Assembly: GCA_031409335.1 (NCBI GenBank)
Contig: JANNWY010000180.1
Location: 1-39,970 of the forward strand
DNA from: Chthoniobacteraceae bacterium
GTDB taxonomy: Bacteria; Verrucomicrobiota; Verrucomicrobiia; Chthoniobacterales; Chthoniobacteraceae
DNA: 39,970 nucleotides
Direction of reading: 5' to 3'
A model generated the notes under the pieces. That model was not told the origin of the DNA. It did not search any database and saw nothing but the letters and a program-made list of their open reading frames with translations. The position numbers and the translations under genes were made by a program. Numbering within the stretch: position 1 is the stretch's first letter; each line of letters opens with the position of its first letter. Positions 1-14,900 of this stretch are shown here, in pieces.

Positions 1-651
1 ATGATCACGCGCATGGACGCGGACATCGGGCGCATTTTCGCGCTGCTGAAGTCGCTCGATCTCGAGCGGAAAACCCTCGTGATTTTCTCCAGCGACAACG
101 GCGCGCACAAGGAAGGCGGCAACGATCCCGCGTTCTTCGCCGCGGGCGGCGGACTGCGCGGGCTGAAGCGCGATCTCTACGAGGGCGGGATTCGCGTGCC
201 GTTCCTCGCGCGTTGGCCGGGCACGATCGCGCCGGGGCAGGTGTCAAAGCACGTCGCGTATTTCGGCGATGTCTTCGCGACGCTCACCGATCTCGCCGGG
301 CTGCAGACGCCCGCGAATCTCGACAGCATCAGCTTTGCGCCGACGCTGCTCGGGCAGGCGGACAAACAGGCGAAGCACGAGTTTCTCTACTGGGAATTTC
401 ACGAGGGCGGCACGAAACAGGCCGTGCTACTTGGCGCGAATTGGAAGGCCGTCCGCACCAGCCCCGCCGCGAAACTCGAACTCTACGATCTCGCGACCGA
501 CCTCGCCGAAGCGCACGACATCGCCGCCGACCGCCCGGAAATCACGAACGTCATCGAAACGTATTTGCGCACGGCGCGGACCGATTCGCCCGACTGGCCG
601 ATCCGCGAGCCGGAGAAGAAAAAGCCCGCCGATCCCGCGCCGGCGAACTGA
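1..651 (+). CDS. Arylsulfatase/sulfatase family protein, C-terminal part (gene begins before the window)
   Basis: Motifs TLVIFSSDNG, LRGLKRDLYEGGIRVPFLARWPG and ELYDL..D..E typical of the sulfatase C-terminal half; the N-terminal CxPxR motif is not in the window. Confidence 0.9.
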   Translation: MITRMDADIGRIFALLKSLDLERKTLVIFSSDNGAHKEGGNDPAFFAAGGGLRGLKRDLYEGGIRVPFLARWPGTIAPGQVSKHVAYFGDVFATLTDLAGLQTPANLDSISFAPTLLGQADKQAKHEFLYWEFHEGGTKQAVLLGANWKAVRTSPAAKLELYDLATDLAEAHDIAADRPEITNVIETYLRTARTDSPDWPIREPEKKKPADPAPAN

Positions 652-655
652 CGCG

Positions 656-1033
656 ATGCGCCGCTGGGTTCCGTTCGCGGCATTTCTCGCCTTCATCATC
701 GTCGTCATCTACGCGGCGAATCAGCGGCTCGCGCGCGGCTTTTTCGGCTTGGTGCAATCCTTCCCACTCGGTGACAAAGCGGGGCATTTCGTGCTGATGG
801 GCACGCTGGCATTCCTACTGAATCGCGCCCTCGCCTGCCGCACGATCCCGCCCGGCGTGCAGCTCGGCGGCGCGATCGTCGCGGTGTTTGTCGTCGCGGA
901 GGAAATCAGCCAGCGCTGGCTGCCATCGCGGAGTTTCGACTACGGCGATTTGGTGGCGGATTTCCTGGGAATCGCGCTCGCCGGTTGGCTGGCGCGGCGT
1001 TTCTCGCGAGGCGATGAGCGGGCGATAAAGTGA
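656..1033 (+). CDS. VanZ-like small membrane protein
   Basis: ATG at 656 (MRRWVPFAAF) within ORF 269..1033; motifs DKAGHF, EEISQRWLPSRSFDYGDLVAD; several TM segments. Confidence 0.8.
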   Translation: MRRWVPFAAFLAFIIVVIYAANQRLARGFFGLVQSFPLGDKAGHFVLMGTLAFLLNRALACRTIPPGVQLGGAIVAVFVVAEEISQRWLPSRSFDYGDLVADFLGIALAGWLARRFSRGDERAIK

Positions 1034-1087
1034 CACGGGCTTTCGAGCCCGTGATCCCAACCACACGGGCTGGAAAGCCCGTGTCAC
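1030..1087. repeat. Inverted pair of REP-like palindromes between convergent genes; possible bidirectional terminator
   Basis: gtgacacgggctttcgagcccgtg (1030-1053) vs cacgggctggaaagcccgtgtcac (1064-1087): 23/24 reverse-complement match; each unit is itself a hairpin. Confidence 0.8.
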
Positions 1088-1089
1088 AT

Positions 1090-6153
<5,064 letters not shown>

Positions 6154-6272
6154 GGGAACGTGGACGGAGGAGACTGTGACATGTCCAATCGCGGACCAAG
6201 GCGGATGTTTGAGTGTTTGTGCGGGCTTGCCGCGGGGGAGGTCTGCGGCGAGAAACGCAGGAACACTCCGCC

Positions 6273-6923
6273 ATGAATCGCAAATTCCTCCTCGGCTGCG
6301 GCTGCCTCGTGCTGATCCTCATCGGCACGATCGCCGCAGGGATTTTTTTCGCCGCGCCGCGACTTTACAAAAAGGGAACGGGTTGGTTCAACGCGCAGAT
6401 GGCCGATTCGGGACGGCGTGCCGCCGTGGAGGCGGCGTGGAAGGAGCCGAGTCTGCGGCCGGATGCGAGCTGGTTCCCGCCGGTGGTGGATGGGTGGACT
6501 CTGGGGACGAGCGAGGATTTTACCACGCTGCCCGAGCTGCAACTCGACCGGCCCGGACGCCGCGGAAAGTATCGCGGGGAAAAGCAGGACGTGGCGGTGA
6601 TCGTGGTGCCGGTGAGCGATCTGGAAGTCGAGGGCGTCATGAGCCGCGCAGTTGCGGCGCTCCAGACATCGCACGCAGGAGATTCCGATCGCAGCAATTC
6701 GGGAACGAGCAGCGCGAACATCCGCACGACGAGGAGCAGTTCGGTGGTGACCACGCGGACGCCGAGGCGGATGCATGCGGTGTTCAATGGCGACGACCAC
6801 ACGCGGATGTGGTGGCTGAAGGACTGGCTGTTCATTTTCCGCACGACCGGCCCGGAAGACCCGGATGCGTTTGCGGAAAAATATCTCGGCGCGATGTCGC
6901 CGGGTGATTTGGAGAAGCGGTAG
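6273..6923 (+). CDS. Hypothetical membrane-anchored protein
   Basis: ATG at 6273; N-terminus MNRKFLLGCGCLVLILIGTIAAGIFF (TM anchor with GCGC); fills the gap between flanking genes. Confidence 0.7.
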   Translation: MNRKFLLGCGCLVLILIGTIAAGIFFAAPRLYKKGTGWFNAQMADSGRRAAVEAAWKEPSLRPDASWFPPVVDGWTLGTSEDFTTLPELQLDRPGRRGKYRGEKQDVAVIVVPVSDLEVEGVMSRAVAALQTSHAGDSDRSNSGTSSANIRTTRSSSVVTTRTPRRMHAVFNGDDHTRMWWLKDWLFIFRTTGPEDPDAFAEKYLGAMSPGDLEKR

Positions 6924-6931
6924 CGGAGCAT

Positions 6932-7009
6932 CTCTTCCTCTTCCTCTTAATTTTCCTCTTCATTTCCCCGTTTGCGGAGAGGAAGATTAAGAGGAAGAGG
7001 AAGAGGAAG
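6932..7009. repeat. Intergenic inverted hexamer-repeat hairpin (CTCTTC/GAAGAG)
   Basis: Arms 6932-6959 and 6978-7005, 27/28 complementary. Confidence 0.85.
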
Positions 7010-7086
7010 AACCGCAGTCATTCCAGCCTTTCACACCGTCTCTAACATTGCTCCGCCAGGCCAGGTTGGTAGTGTTGCCCATTACC

Positions 7087-10000
7087 ATGTCTCGCCGACT
7101 ACGCATCGCCATCCTCGCCGCCGCACTCGCCTCGCAGGTGTCCGCCGGTGCGGCGGATCGCAAGGTCGAGTTCAACCGCGATGTCCGCGCGATCCTTTCC
7201 GACAAATGTTTCCACTGCCACGGGCCGGATAAGTCGCATCGGAAATCCGGGCTGCGGCTCGATGTGCGCGAGGACGCGCTGAAGCCCGCGAAGTCCGGCG
7301 ACATCGCGATCGTGCCCGGCAAGCCGGATGAGAGCCAACTGGTGGCGCGGATTTTTTCCGAGGACAAAGACGAAGTGATGCCGCCGCCGGAAGAGCACAA
7401 AACGCTGACCGCCGCGCAAAAGGAAACGCTGAAACGCTGGATCGCGGAAGGCGCGGAGTATCAGCAGCACTGGGCGTATATCACGCCGAAGCGTCCGGCG
7501 GTGCCCGGAATTGCGGATCGCGGATTGCGGATTGCGGATTGGGAAAAGCGCGATGCAACTCGCGGTGCGGAGTTGCGGAAAAGGCTGGGTGAGATCGAAA
7601 AATGGCCGCGGAATCCGATCGACGCCTTCGTGCTCGATCGCCTGCTCCAACAAGGCCTCGCCCCTTCCCCCGAAGCCGCGCCGACCACGCTAGCGCGCCG
7701 CATCCATCTCGATCTCCTCGGCATCCCGCCGACACCCGAACAAGTCAAAGCGTTCACCGCGGAATCAATCCGCCGAGGAGGCGGAGGGGACTCGAGGGGG
7801 ACGGAGGACGGGCGAGCCAATCCGCAATCCGCAATCCGCAATCTCCTCTCCTCCCCGCACTTCGGCGAACGCATGGCCGTCCCGTGGCTCGACGCGGTGC
7901 GCTTTGCCGACACCGTCGGCTTTCACGGCGATCAACGGCTCAATGTTTTCCCGTATCGCGATTACGTCATCGCCGCGTTCAACGCGAACAAGCCGTTCGA
8001 CCAATTCACCATCGAGCAACTCGCCGGCGATCTTTTGCCAAAGCCGACTCAGGAGCAGCTCATCGCCACCGGCTTCAACCGGCTGAACATGGTGACGCGC
8101 GAAGGCGGCGCGCAGCCGGGCGAGTATCTCACGAAGTACAGCGGCGACCGCGTGCGTACCGTCTCCAGCGCATGGCTCGGCTCCAGCATGGGCTGTGCGG
8201 AATGCCACGATCACAAGTTCGATCCCTTCCTCGCGCGCGATTTTTATTCGATGTCCGCGTTCTTCGCCGATGTGAAGCAGTGGGGCGTCTATCAGGACTA
8301 CGATTACACGCCTAATCCCGACCTCCGCGGCTGGAGCAACGACCATCCTTTCCCACCTGAGATCGAAGTGGAAAACGCGGCGCTGAAGCTGCGCCAGGAA
8401 ACGCTCGCAACGCGAATCGTGCAGCTCGTCGAGAAACTCGACGCTGGGCAGAAATCCGCGTTTTCCAAATGGCGGGAGGACGCGCTCGCGCAGTTGAAGG
8501 GTGCGCCGTCCGGCTGGCTCGCGCTGACGCCGACCGGCGGCACTCAACAACCAGCGACGCCAAAGAAAACGGCCAAGCCGAAACCCGCGGCGGAGCCAGC
8601 GGCCGTGCCGGAATTTCAGATCGCGGATGAAAATCGTGTCGTCTTCGCAGCCGGGCCTGGGACGAAATCCAGCATCGAATTTCAGCCAGCGGCGGGCTGG
8701 CTCGCGGCGGTGCGGATCGAGCTGCTGCCGGACGAAAGTCACGGTGGAAAAATCCTGCGCGGCAACGCCAAGAGCGCGGCGCTCAAGGTGGCCTTTACCT
8801 CAAGAAAATCGGGGACGACCGCCGCGACGAATCTCGCGATGCGGCAGGCGGACGCGGACCACGCGCTGCCGCGCTACTACAACGGCTTTGCGCAGCTCGG
8901 CATCGGCGGAGCCTGGTCCATCGCAAATGCGTCGGCACCGGCAACGGCAGCGTGGCTCCTTGATGCGCCGATCCGCATCGCCGTGGGCGACACGCTCTCG
9001 GTTCAGATTGATGATAACCTCGCGAGTTCGCTCCGCGTGGCGATCTCACCGCTCGCGGCACCCGAGGCGCGCGGCGATTGGGCGTCGCTCGTGAAGATCG
9101 CGCAGAGCGATTCGCCCGCCGCGCGCGCGCTCTGGCTCGCCAGCACGGCGGCGGACAAGGCGCGCTATGCGGAATTAAAAACACTCGCGCAGCGCATCGC
9201 CGAATGTCGCAATGGCCGCGCGATGACGCTCGTCACCAAAGCCGTCGCGGAGCCAATGCCGATCCGCGTGCTCGCGCGCGGCAACTGGCAGGATGACACC
9301 GGCGAAATCGTGAAGCCCGCGCCGCCGGGATTTCTGACTCCGCCCGTGGATGCGGAAACCAAACGCCTCACGCGGCTCGACCTCGCGAAGTGGCTCGTCG
9401 CGCCGGAAAATCCGCTCACTGCGCGCGTCTTCATGAACCGGCTGTGGAAGCAGTTTTTCGGCAACGCGCTCAGCGCGCAGGTGAACGATCTCGGCGCGCA
9501 AGGCGAGTGGCCGACGCACCCGGAATTGCTCGACTGGCTCGCCGTGGAATTCCGCGAGAGCGGCTGGAATGTGAAGCACATGGTCGAGCTGATCGTGTCG
9601 TCCGCGGCATACCGGCAGGACTCGAATTTGCGCCGTGAATTGCGCGAAGCCGATCCCGAAAACCGCCTGCTCGCATCCCAAAATCCGCGCCGACTCGAAG
9701 CCGAATTTGTCCGCGACAACGCGCTCTCTATCGCTGGTCTGCTGAATCTCGAAATCGGCGGCCCAAGCGCGCTGCCGTACCAGCCAGCGGCCTACTACGA
9801 AAACCTGCAATTTCCGGATCGCGAATACGCCGCGGACAAGGACGAGCGCCAGTACCGGCGCGGCCTCTACACGCACTGGCAGCGCACTTTTCTCCACCCG
9901 ATGCTGGCAAATTTCGACGCGCCCTCGCGCGAGGAAACCGCCTGCTCGCGCACCGTCGCCAATACACCGCAGCAGGCGCTCACGCTGCTCGGCGATCCGA

Positions 10001-10308
10001 CCTTCGTCGAAGCCGCGCGCGCCTTTGCCACCAAGCTCCTCGCCGCTCCCTCGAACGATGATCGCGAGCGCATCGCGTCCGCATTTCAGCAAGCCCTCGC
10101 CCGCGCTCCGCGCGAAAAGGAAGCGCATTCGCTGGCCGCATTCCTCGCCACGCAGCGCGAACATTTTCAGGCCAATCCAGACGACGCGAAGAAACTGCTG
10201 CGCGTCGGCCTGACCCCCGCGAAAACCGCGAACGAAGCCGAACTGGCCGCCTGGACTTCGCTCTGCCGCGTGATGCTGAATCTGCACGAGACGATCACGC
10301 GTTACTAA
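7087..10308 (+). CDS. Planctomycete-type cytochrome c + DUF1549 + DUF1553 (PSD1) protein
   Basis: Signal peptide from ATG 7087; CFHCHG, GLRLD, NPIDAF, FGERMAVPWLD, CAECHDHKFDP, NPLTARVFMNRLW, HPELLDWLA, NTPQQAL, LNLHETITRY. Confidence 0.92.
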   Translation: MSRRLRIAILAAALASQVSAGAADRKVEFNRDVRAILSDKCFHCHGPDKSHRKSGLRLDVREDALKPAKSGDIAIVPGKPDESQLVARIFSEDKDEVMPPPEEHKTLTAAQKETLKRWIAEGAEYQQHWAYITPKRPAVPGIADRGLRIADWEKRDATRGAELRKRLGEIEKWPRNPIDAFVLDRLLQQGLAPSPEAAPTTLARRIHLDLLGIPPTPEQVKAFTAESIRRGGGGDSRGTEDGRANPQSAIRNLLSSPHFGERMAVPWLDAVRFADTVGFHGDQRLNVFPYRDYVIAAFNANKPFDQFTIEQLAGDLLPKPTQEQLIATGFNRLNMVTREGGAQPGEYLTKYSGDRVRTVSSAWLGSSMGCAECHDHKFDPFLARDFYSMSAFFADVKQWGVYQDYDYTPNPDLRGWSNDHPFPPEIEVENAALKLRQETLATRIVQLVEKLDAGQKSAFSKWREDALAQLKGAPSGWLALTPTGGTQQPATPKKTAKPKPAAEPAAVPEFQIADENRVVFAAGPGTKSSIEFQPAAGWLAAVRIELLPDESHGGKILRGNAKSAALKVAFTSRKSGTTAATNLAMRQADADHALPRYYNGFAQLGIGGAWSIANASAPATAAWLLDAPIRIAVGDTLSVQIDDNLASSLRVAISPLAAPEARGDWASLVKIAQSDSPAARALWLASTAADKARYAELKTLAQRIAECRNGRAMTLVTKAVAEPMPIRVLARGNWQDDTGEIVKPAPPGFLTPPVDAETKRLTRLDLAKWLVAPENPLTARVFMNRLWKQFFGNALSAQVNDLGAQGEWPTHPELLDWLAVEFRESGWNVKHMVELIVSSAAYRQDSNLRRELREADPENRLLASQNPRRLEAEFVRDNALSIAGLLNLEIGGPSALPYQPAAYYENLQFPDREYAADKDERQYRRGLYTHWQRTFLHPMLANFDAPSREETACSRTVANTPQQALTLLGDPTFVEAARAFATKLLAAPSNDDRERIASAFQQALARAPREKEAHSLAAFLATQREHFQANPDDAKKLLRVGLTPAKTANEAELAAWTSLCRVMLNLHETITRY
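7510..7541 (+). repeat. Heptamer tandem repeat (ATTGCGG)n, in frame
   Basis: attgcgg atcgcgg attgcgg attgcgg attg; encodes IADRGLRIAD. Confidence 0.85.
7818..7843 (+). repeat. Heptamer tandem repeat (CAATCCG)n, in frame; reverse complement of the 7510 array
   Basis: caatccg x3 + caatc; encodes NPQSAIRN. Confidence 0.85.
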
Positions 10309-10320
10309 CTGTCCCGCGCC

Positions 10321-11817
10321 ATGAATTCCGGATTCCGCCTCGCCGTCTGCGCAATCCTCGCCGCCGCGAGCGCGAGCGCCGCTGGTCCGGTCGCGCGCTG
10401 GAATTTCGGCCAGGAGGAAGCCACGCCGCTCGTCGCGCACGGCGGCGTGCAGCGCGACGTTCCGGGGCCGCGCCCGCCCGAATTTCCCGATTTCGATTCC
10501 GCGAATACGGCGGCGAAATTCGATGGCAACGGCGCGCACTTCGCCTTCGCCGACTCGGGTGCGGCAAGAGCTTTCGACTTCACCAATGGCGATGAGATCA
10601 CGATCGAGGCGTGGGTGAAGGCGGACGATCTGCGCACGGGCGAGAACGTTTACATCATCGGCAAAGGGCGGACGCTTGCGCCGGGATTTTCGGGCGACAA
10701 TCAGAACTGGGCGCTGCGTCTGCGCGAAACGAAAGGACAGGCGTGCGTGAGTTTTCTCTTCGCGACGCCGCGCAAGGATGGCGCGGAAAAAGACGACGCG
10801 CACTGGCATCGCTGGACGACTGCCGCGGGCTTCGCGCCCACCACGGGCTGGCATCACGTCGCGATCGCGTATCGCTTTGGCGAACCGGCCAGCGTGCGCG
10901 GCTGGATCGATGGCAAGTCGCAGCCGGGCGAGTGGGACATGGGCGGCGCGACCACGGATACGCCGGTCGTGGATGATGACGCGATCTGGATCGGCTCGTC
11001 GCTCGGCGGAAAACCAGCGAACAGTTTCCGCGGCTCGCTCGATGCGATTTCCATTCACCGCGAAATGCTCCGCGATGAAACGATGCGCACGCATTTCCGC
11101 CGCGAAGGCGGGCCACTCACTGCAAAGCTCGCGCTGGAGACAATGCCCGATCTCGGCGAGCTATCGCCGGGTCGCGTGCTCGCGGTTTTCCACGAGGGCC
11201 TTCCCGCGCACAATCGCTGGCTGAACGAAGGCGAGTCGCTCCCGAAAGAGACTGCGCGCTGGCTCGGCGGCGAGTTCCTTTTGGCGCGCGTGCCGCTGCG
11301 TTACGACCCGTGGGGAATTCGCGAAAGCTGGAAGTCGCCGGTGCTCATCCGCCTCGCCGCGGATGTCGCGCTCACGCCCGGCACACATCGCTTTCTGGTC
11401 CGCGCGCGCGGCCTCGGGCGGCTGTGGGTGAATGGCGCGGTGATCGCGCGGACCAAGCCGCCGAGCGGATCGGCGGACGGGTACAATCCCGTCACGCCCG
11501 TGCAATCTCCGCCGCTGCCGGGACTCCGCCCGGCGGGCGATGAAATGCGCGAGGTTTTCACTGATGCGGTGATCGGTGCGGGTGGCAAATGCAGGGTGGT
11601 TTTCGAGACCGTGTCCGGCGGAAAAGACACGCGCGTGGAGCCCGGCGAACTGACCGTCGCGGTGCGGACCGCGGACGGAGAATCGTACGAACTTCTCCAG
11701 CCATCGAACGCGTCTGCCGCGCCCGTGCCACTCACGGACGCTGCGATCGAAGCCGCGCGAGCGCGGATCGAGACGGCTTTGAGTGCGCACGACGACGCGA
11801 ATCGCCGCAGCGATTAA
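10321..11817 (+). CDS. Secreted LamG-like jellyroll protein, possibly C-terminally truncated
   Basis: Signal peptide; ITIEAWVK, GWHHVAIAY, WIDG, FRGSLDAISIH are LamG-like motifs. Confidence 0.75.
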   Translation: MNSGFRLAVCAILAAASASAAGPVARWNFGQEEATPLVAHGGVQRDVPGPRPPEFPDFDSANTAAKFDGNGAHFAFADSGAARAFDFTNGDEITIEAWVKADDLRTGENVYIIGKGRTLAPGFSGDNQNWALRLRETKGQACVSFLFATPRKDGAEKDDAHWHRWTTAAGFAPTTGWHHVAIAYRFGEPASVRGWIDGKSQPGEWDMGGATTDTPVVDDDAIWIGSSLGGKPANSFRGSLDAISIHREMLRDETMRTHFRREGGPLTAKLALETMPDLGELSPGRVLAVFHEGLPAHNRWLNEGESLPKETARWLGGEFLLARVPLRYDPWGIRESWKSPVLIRLAADVALTPGTHRFLVRARGLGRLWVNGAVIARTKPPSGSADGYNPVTPVQSPPLPGLRPAGDEMREVFTDAVIGAGGKCRVVFETVSGGKDTRVEPGELTVAVRTADGESYELLQPSNASAAPVPLTDAAIEAARARIETALSAHDDANRRSD

Positions 11818-11922
11818 GCGTGCCGCCGATCTGCGGGGCGCTGCGCGGTAGTCGCCGCTAGACAAAGTGCCACAGACGGCGCGCTTCAGCGCGACTAGGA
11901 AGGTCGGGGTCTTCGTGGTTGT

Positions 11923-14900
11923 ATGGTTGAAATGATGCGAGCCAGTCTTCTTTTCTTCGCCGCCGCCACCTCCGTCGCGGTGGCCGAGGTTTCCAAACTT
12001 CCAGCGCCTTCGCAGCGGACGGTGGATTTTGGGAAAGACGTTCAGCCGATCTTCGAGGCGAAGTGCGTGAAGTGTCACGGGATCGAAAAGCAGAAGAGCG
12101 AGTATCGGCTCGATGTGAAAAGCGTCGCGCTCACGGGCGGCGAAAATCACGCGCCGAATATCGTGCCGGGAAAAAGCGCGGACAGTCGGCTCGTGCATTT
12201 CATCGCGGGACTCGATCCGGACATGAAGATGCCGCCGAAAGATGGCGCGCTGACGGCGGAGGAAATCGGCTTGGTGCGGCGTTGGATCGATGACGGCGCG
12301 AAATGGCCGGAGTCGGCGAGCGCGAAGGTCGTGGACAAGAAGGATTGGTGGTCGCTGAAACCGATGGTGCCAACCGGAAAGCGGAAAGCCGAAAGCGGAA
12401 ATCTGATTGATGCATTTATCTCGGAAAAGCTCTCGGAGAAAGGGCTCGCGATGTCGTCGGAGGCCGATGCGCGGACGCTTTGCCGCAGGCTTTATTTCGA
12501 TCTGACGGGTCTGCCTCCCTCGCCGGAGGAAATGGACACTTTCGTCGCAGACAAAACGCCCGGCGCTTATGAACGGCTCGCGGACAAGCTGCTCGCGTCG
12601 CCGCGTTACGGCGAACGCTGGGCGCGGCACTGGCTCGACGTCGTGCATTTTGGGGAGACGCACGGTTACGACAAAGATCAGCCGCGGCTGAATGCGTGGC
12701 CGTATCGCGACTATGTGATCCACGCGTTGAATGCCGACAAACCTTACGCGCGATTCGTGCAGGAACAGCTCGCGGGCGATGAGCTTTTTCCGGGCACTCG
12801 CGATGGCATCACGGCGCTCGGTTTTATCGCGGCAGGACCGTGGGACTTGATCGGGCACGCCGAGGTGCCCGAGGAAAAGATCGACGGCAAGATCGCGCGG
12901 CATCTCGATCGCGATGACATGGTGGCGAATACGATCAACACGTTTTGTGCGCTGACGGTGCATTGCGCGCAGTGCCACGATCACAAGTTCGATCCGATTT
13001 CCGCGGAGGATTATTACAGCCTGCAATCGGTCTTCGCGGCGCTCGATCGCGCTGATCGCGCGTACGACGACGAGGCTCCCGTTGCGGTGAAACGTGCTGC
13101 GTTGAACGCTCGAAAGCAGACGGTTTCCGCGCGGGCGGCCGAGCTGCGGAAACTGGCGGTGGACAAGGCGGGCGATGCGCTCGCCGCGCTTGAAAAAAAG
13201 ATCGCCGAGCTGAAGAACCCAGCGGGGGATTTGCGTGCGCAGTATGGCTGGCACTCGGCGATTTCACAAAAGCAGGACGACGCGAAATGGGTGCAGGTCG
13301 ATCTCGGGAAAGCGACCGCGCTGAGCCAGATCCTGCTCCATTCGTGCAGCGATGATTTCAATGGCATCGGCGATGGGTTCGGTTTTCCGGTACGGTTCAA
13401 AGTCGAGGCTTCCGACGATGCGGACTTTGCGCGTGGTGTGATGGTGCTGGCGGATGAAACGGCGAAGGATTTTGCCAATCCGAAAATCCACGCGGTGCGC
13501 TATGGCGCGGGCGGCAGCGCCCGCCATGTCCGCTTGACGGCGACGCGACTCGCTCCGCGGAAAGACGATTTCATTTTCGCCCTCGCCGAACTCGAAGTGA
13601 TGGACGCGACCGGCCGCAATCTCGCGGCGAAAGCGGCGGTGACTTCCATCGACAGCATCGAAGCTCCGGCGCGCTGGGCGCGGGTGAATCTCACCGACGG
13701 TTGGTATGCCGGCGCGGACCCGGCGAAGGCTGCGGTCGCCGGGAGTGACACGACGAAGCTGGAGCAGGCGCGGCGGTTGATTTTGGAATCCGCGCTAAGC
13801 GAAAACGAGATCGCGGAACTCGACGCGGCGGAGATGGAGCTTTTGGAAATCCACAACCAACTCGGCGCGCTGCCGAAGCCGCACCTGGTTTACGCGGGCA
13901 CGATTCACACCGGGGGCGGTGCGTTTGCCGGCACGGGCGCGAAGGGCGGCAAACCGCGACCCATCACGATCCTCGCGCGTGGCGATGTGACGCGGCCCGG
14001 TCGCGACGTGTTTCCCGGCGCGATCTCCGGCATCGCAGCGCTACCCGCGCGTTTCGATATTCCCAAAGAAGCGGCGGAAGGTGAGTGCCGCGCGGCTTTG
14101 GCGAAATGGATCACCGACCCGAAAAATCCGCTCACCTGGCGGACCATCGTGAATCGCGCGTGGCAATATCATTTCGGTCGCGGACTCGTGGAAACGCCGA
14201 ACGATTTCGGCCGCATGGGCGAGCTGCCTTCGCATCCCGAATTGCTCGACTGGCTCGCTGTGACTTTCCGCGACGACATGGCCGGCTCGATGAAAAAGCT
14301 CCACCGCCTGATCGTCACGAGCGCGGCGTACCGGCAGTCGTCGGGCACGATCAATGAAAAGGCCGTGGCGTGCGACTCGGGCAACGCGCTGCTCTGGCGG
14401 CAGAACCGTCGCAAGCTGGAGGCCGAGGCGATTCGCGACAGCGTGCTCGTCGTCGCCGGCAAGCTCGATCTGACCATGGGCGGGCCGAGTTTCCAGGACT
14501 TCGTCATCACCCATCCCGAGCACTCGCCGCACTACGAATATCCACTCGCCGACCCGGAGAATCCCGCGCTCCACCGTCGCGCCGTGTATCGCTTTCTCGT
14601 GCGCAGCCAGCAGCAGCCGTGGATGGCCGCGCTCGATTGCGCCGACCCATCCATGCTCGTGGAAAGGCGCAACCAAACCATCACGCCACTCCAGGCGCTC
14701 GCCCAGCTCAACAACCAGATCATCGTCGCGATGGCGAAACACTTCGCCGCCCGCGTGGACAATGCCGGCACGGACGTGCCAACAAAAATCAGGGAAGCCA
14801 TGCGACTTGCCGTGCAGCGACCGCCGACACCCGACGAGCTAACTGCCCTCACGACCTACGCGAACGAACACGGCCTCACGAATGCCTGCCGACTGATTTT

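Noticed and set aside
7774..7817. tRNA fragment or attachment site
   Set aside because: Only a superficial resemblance (ggcggagggga); no T-loop or acceptor-stem match
9175..13254. Long antisense ORFs (9175-11094, 11161-13254) and similar ones such as 815-2146, 23482-25083 and 25336-26829
   Set aside because: Shadow ORFs of well-supported genes in high-GC DNA; Arg/Ala-rich with no recognisable motifs
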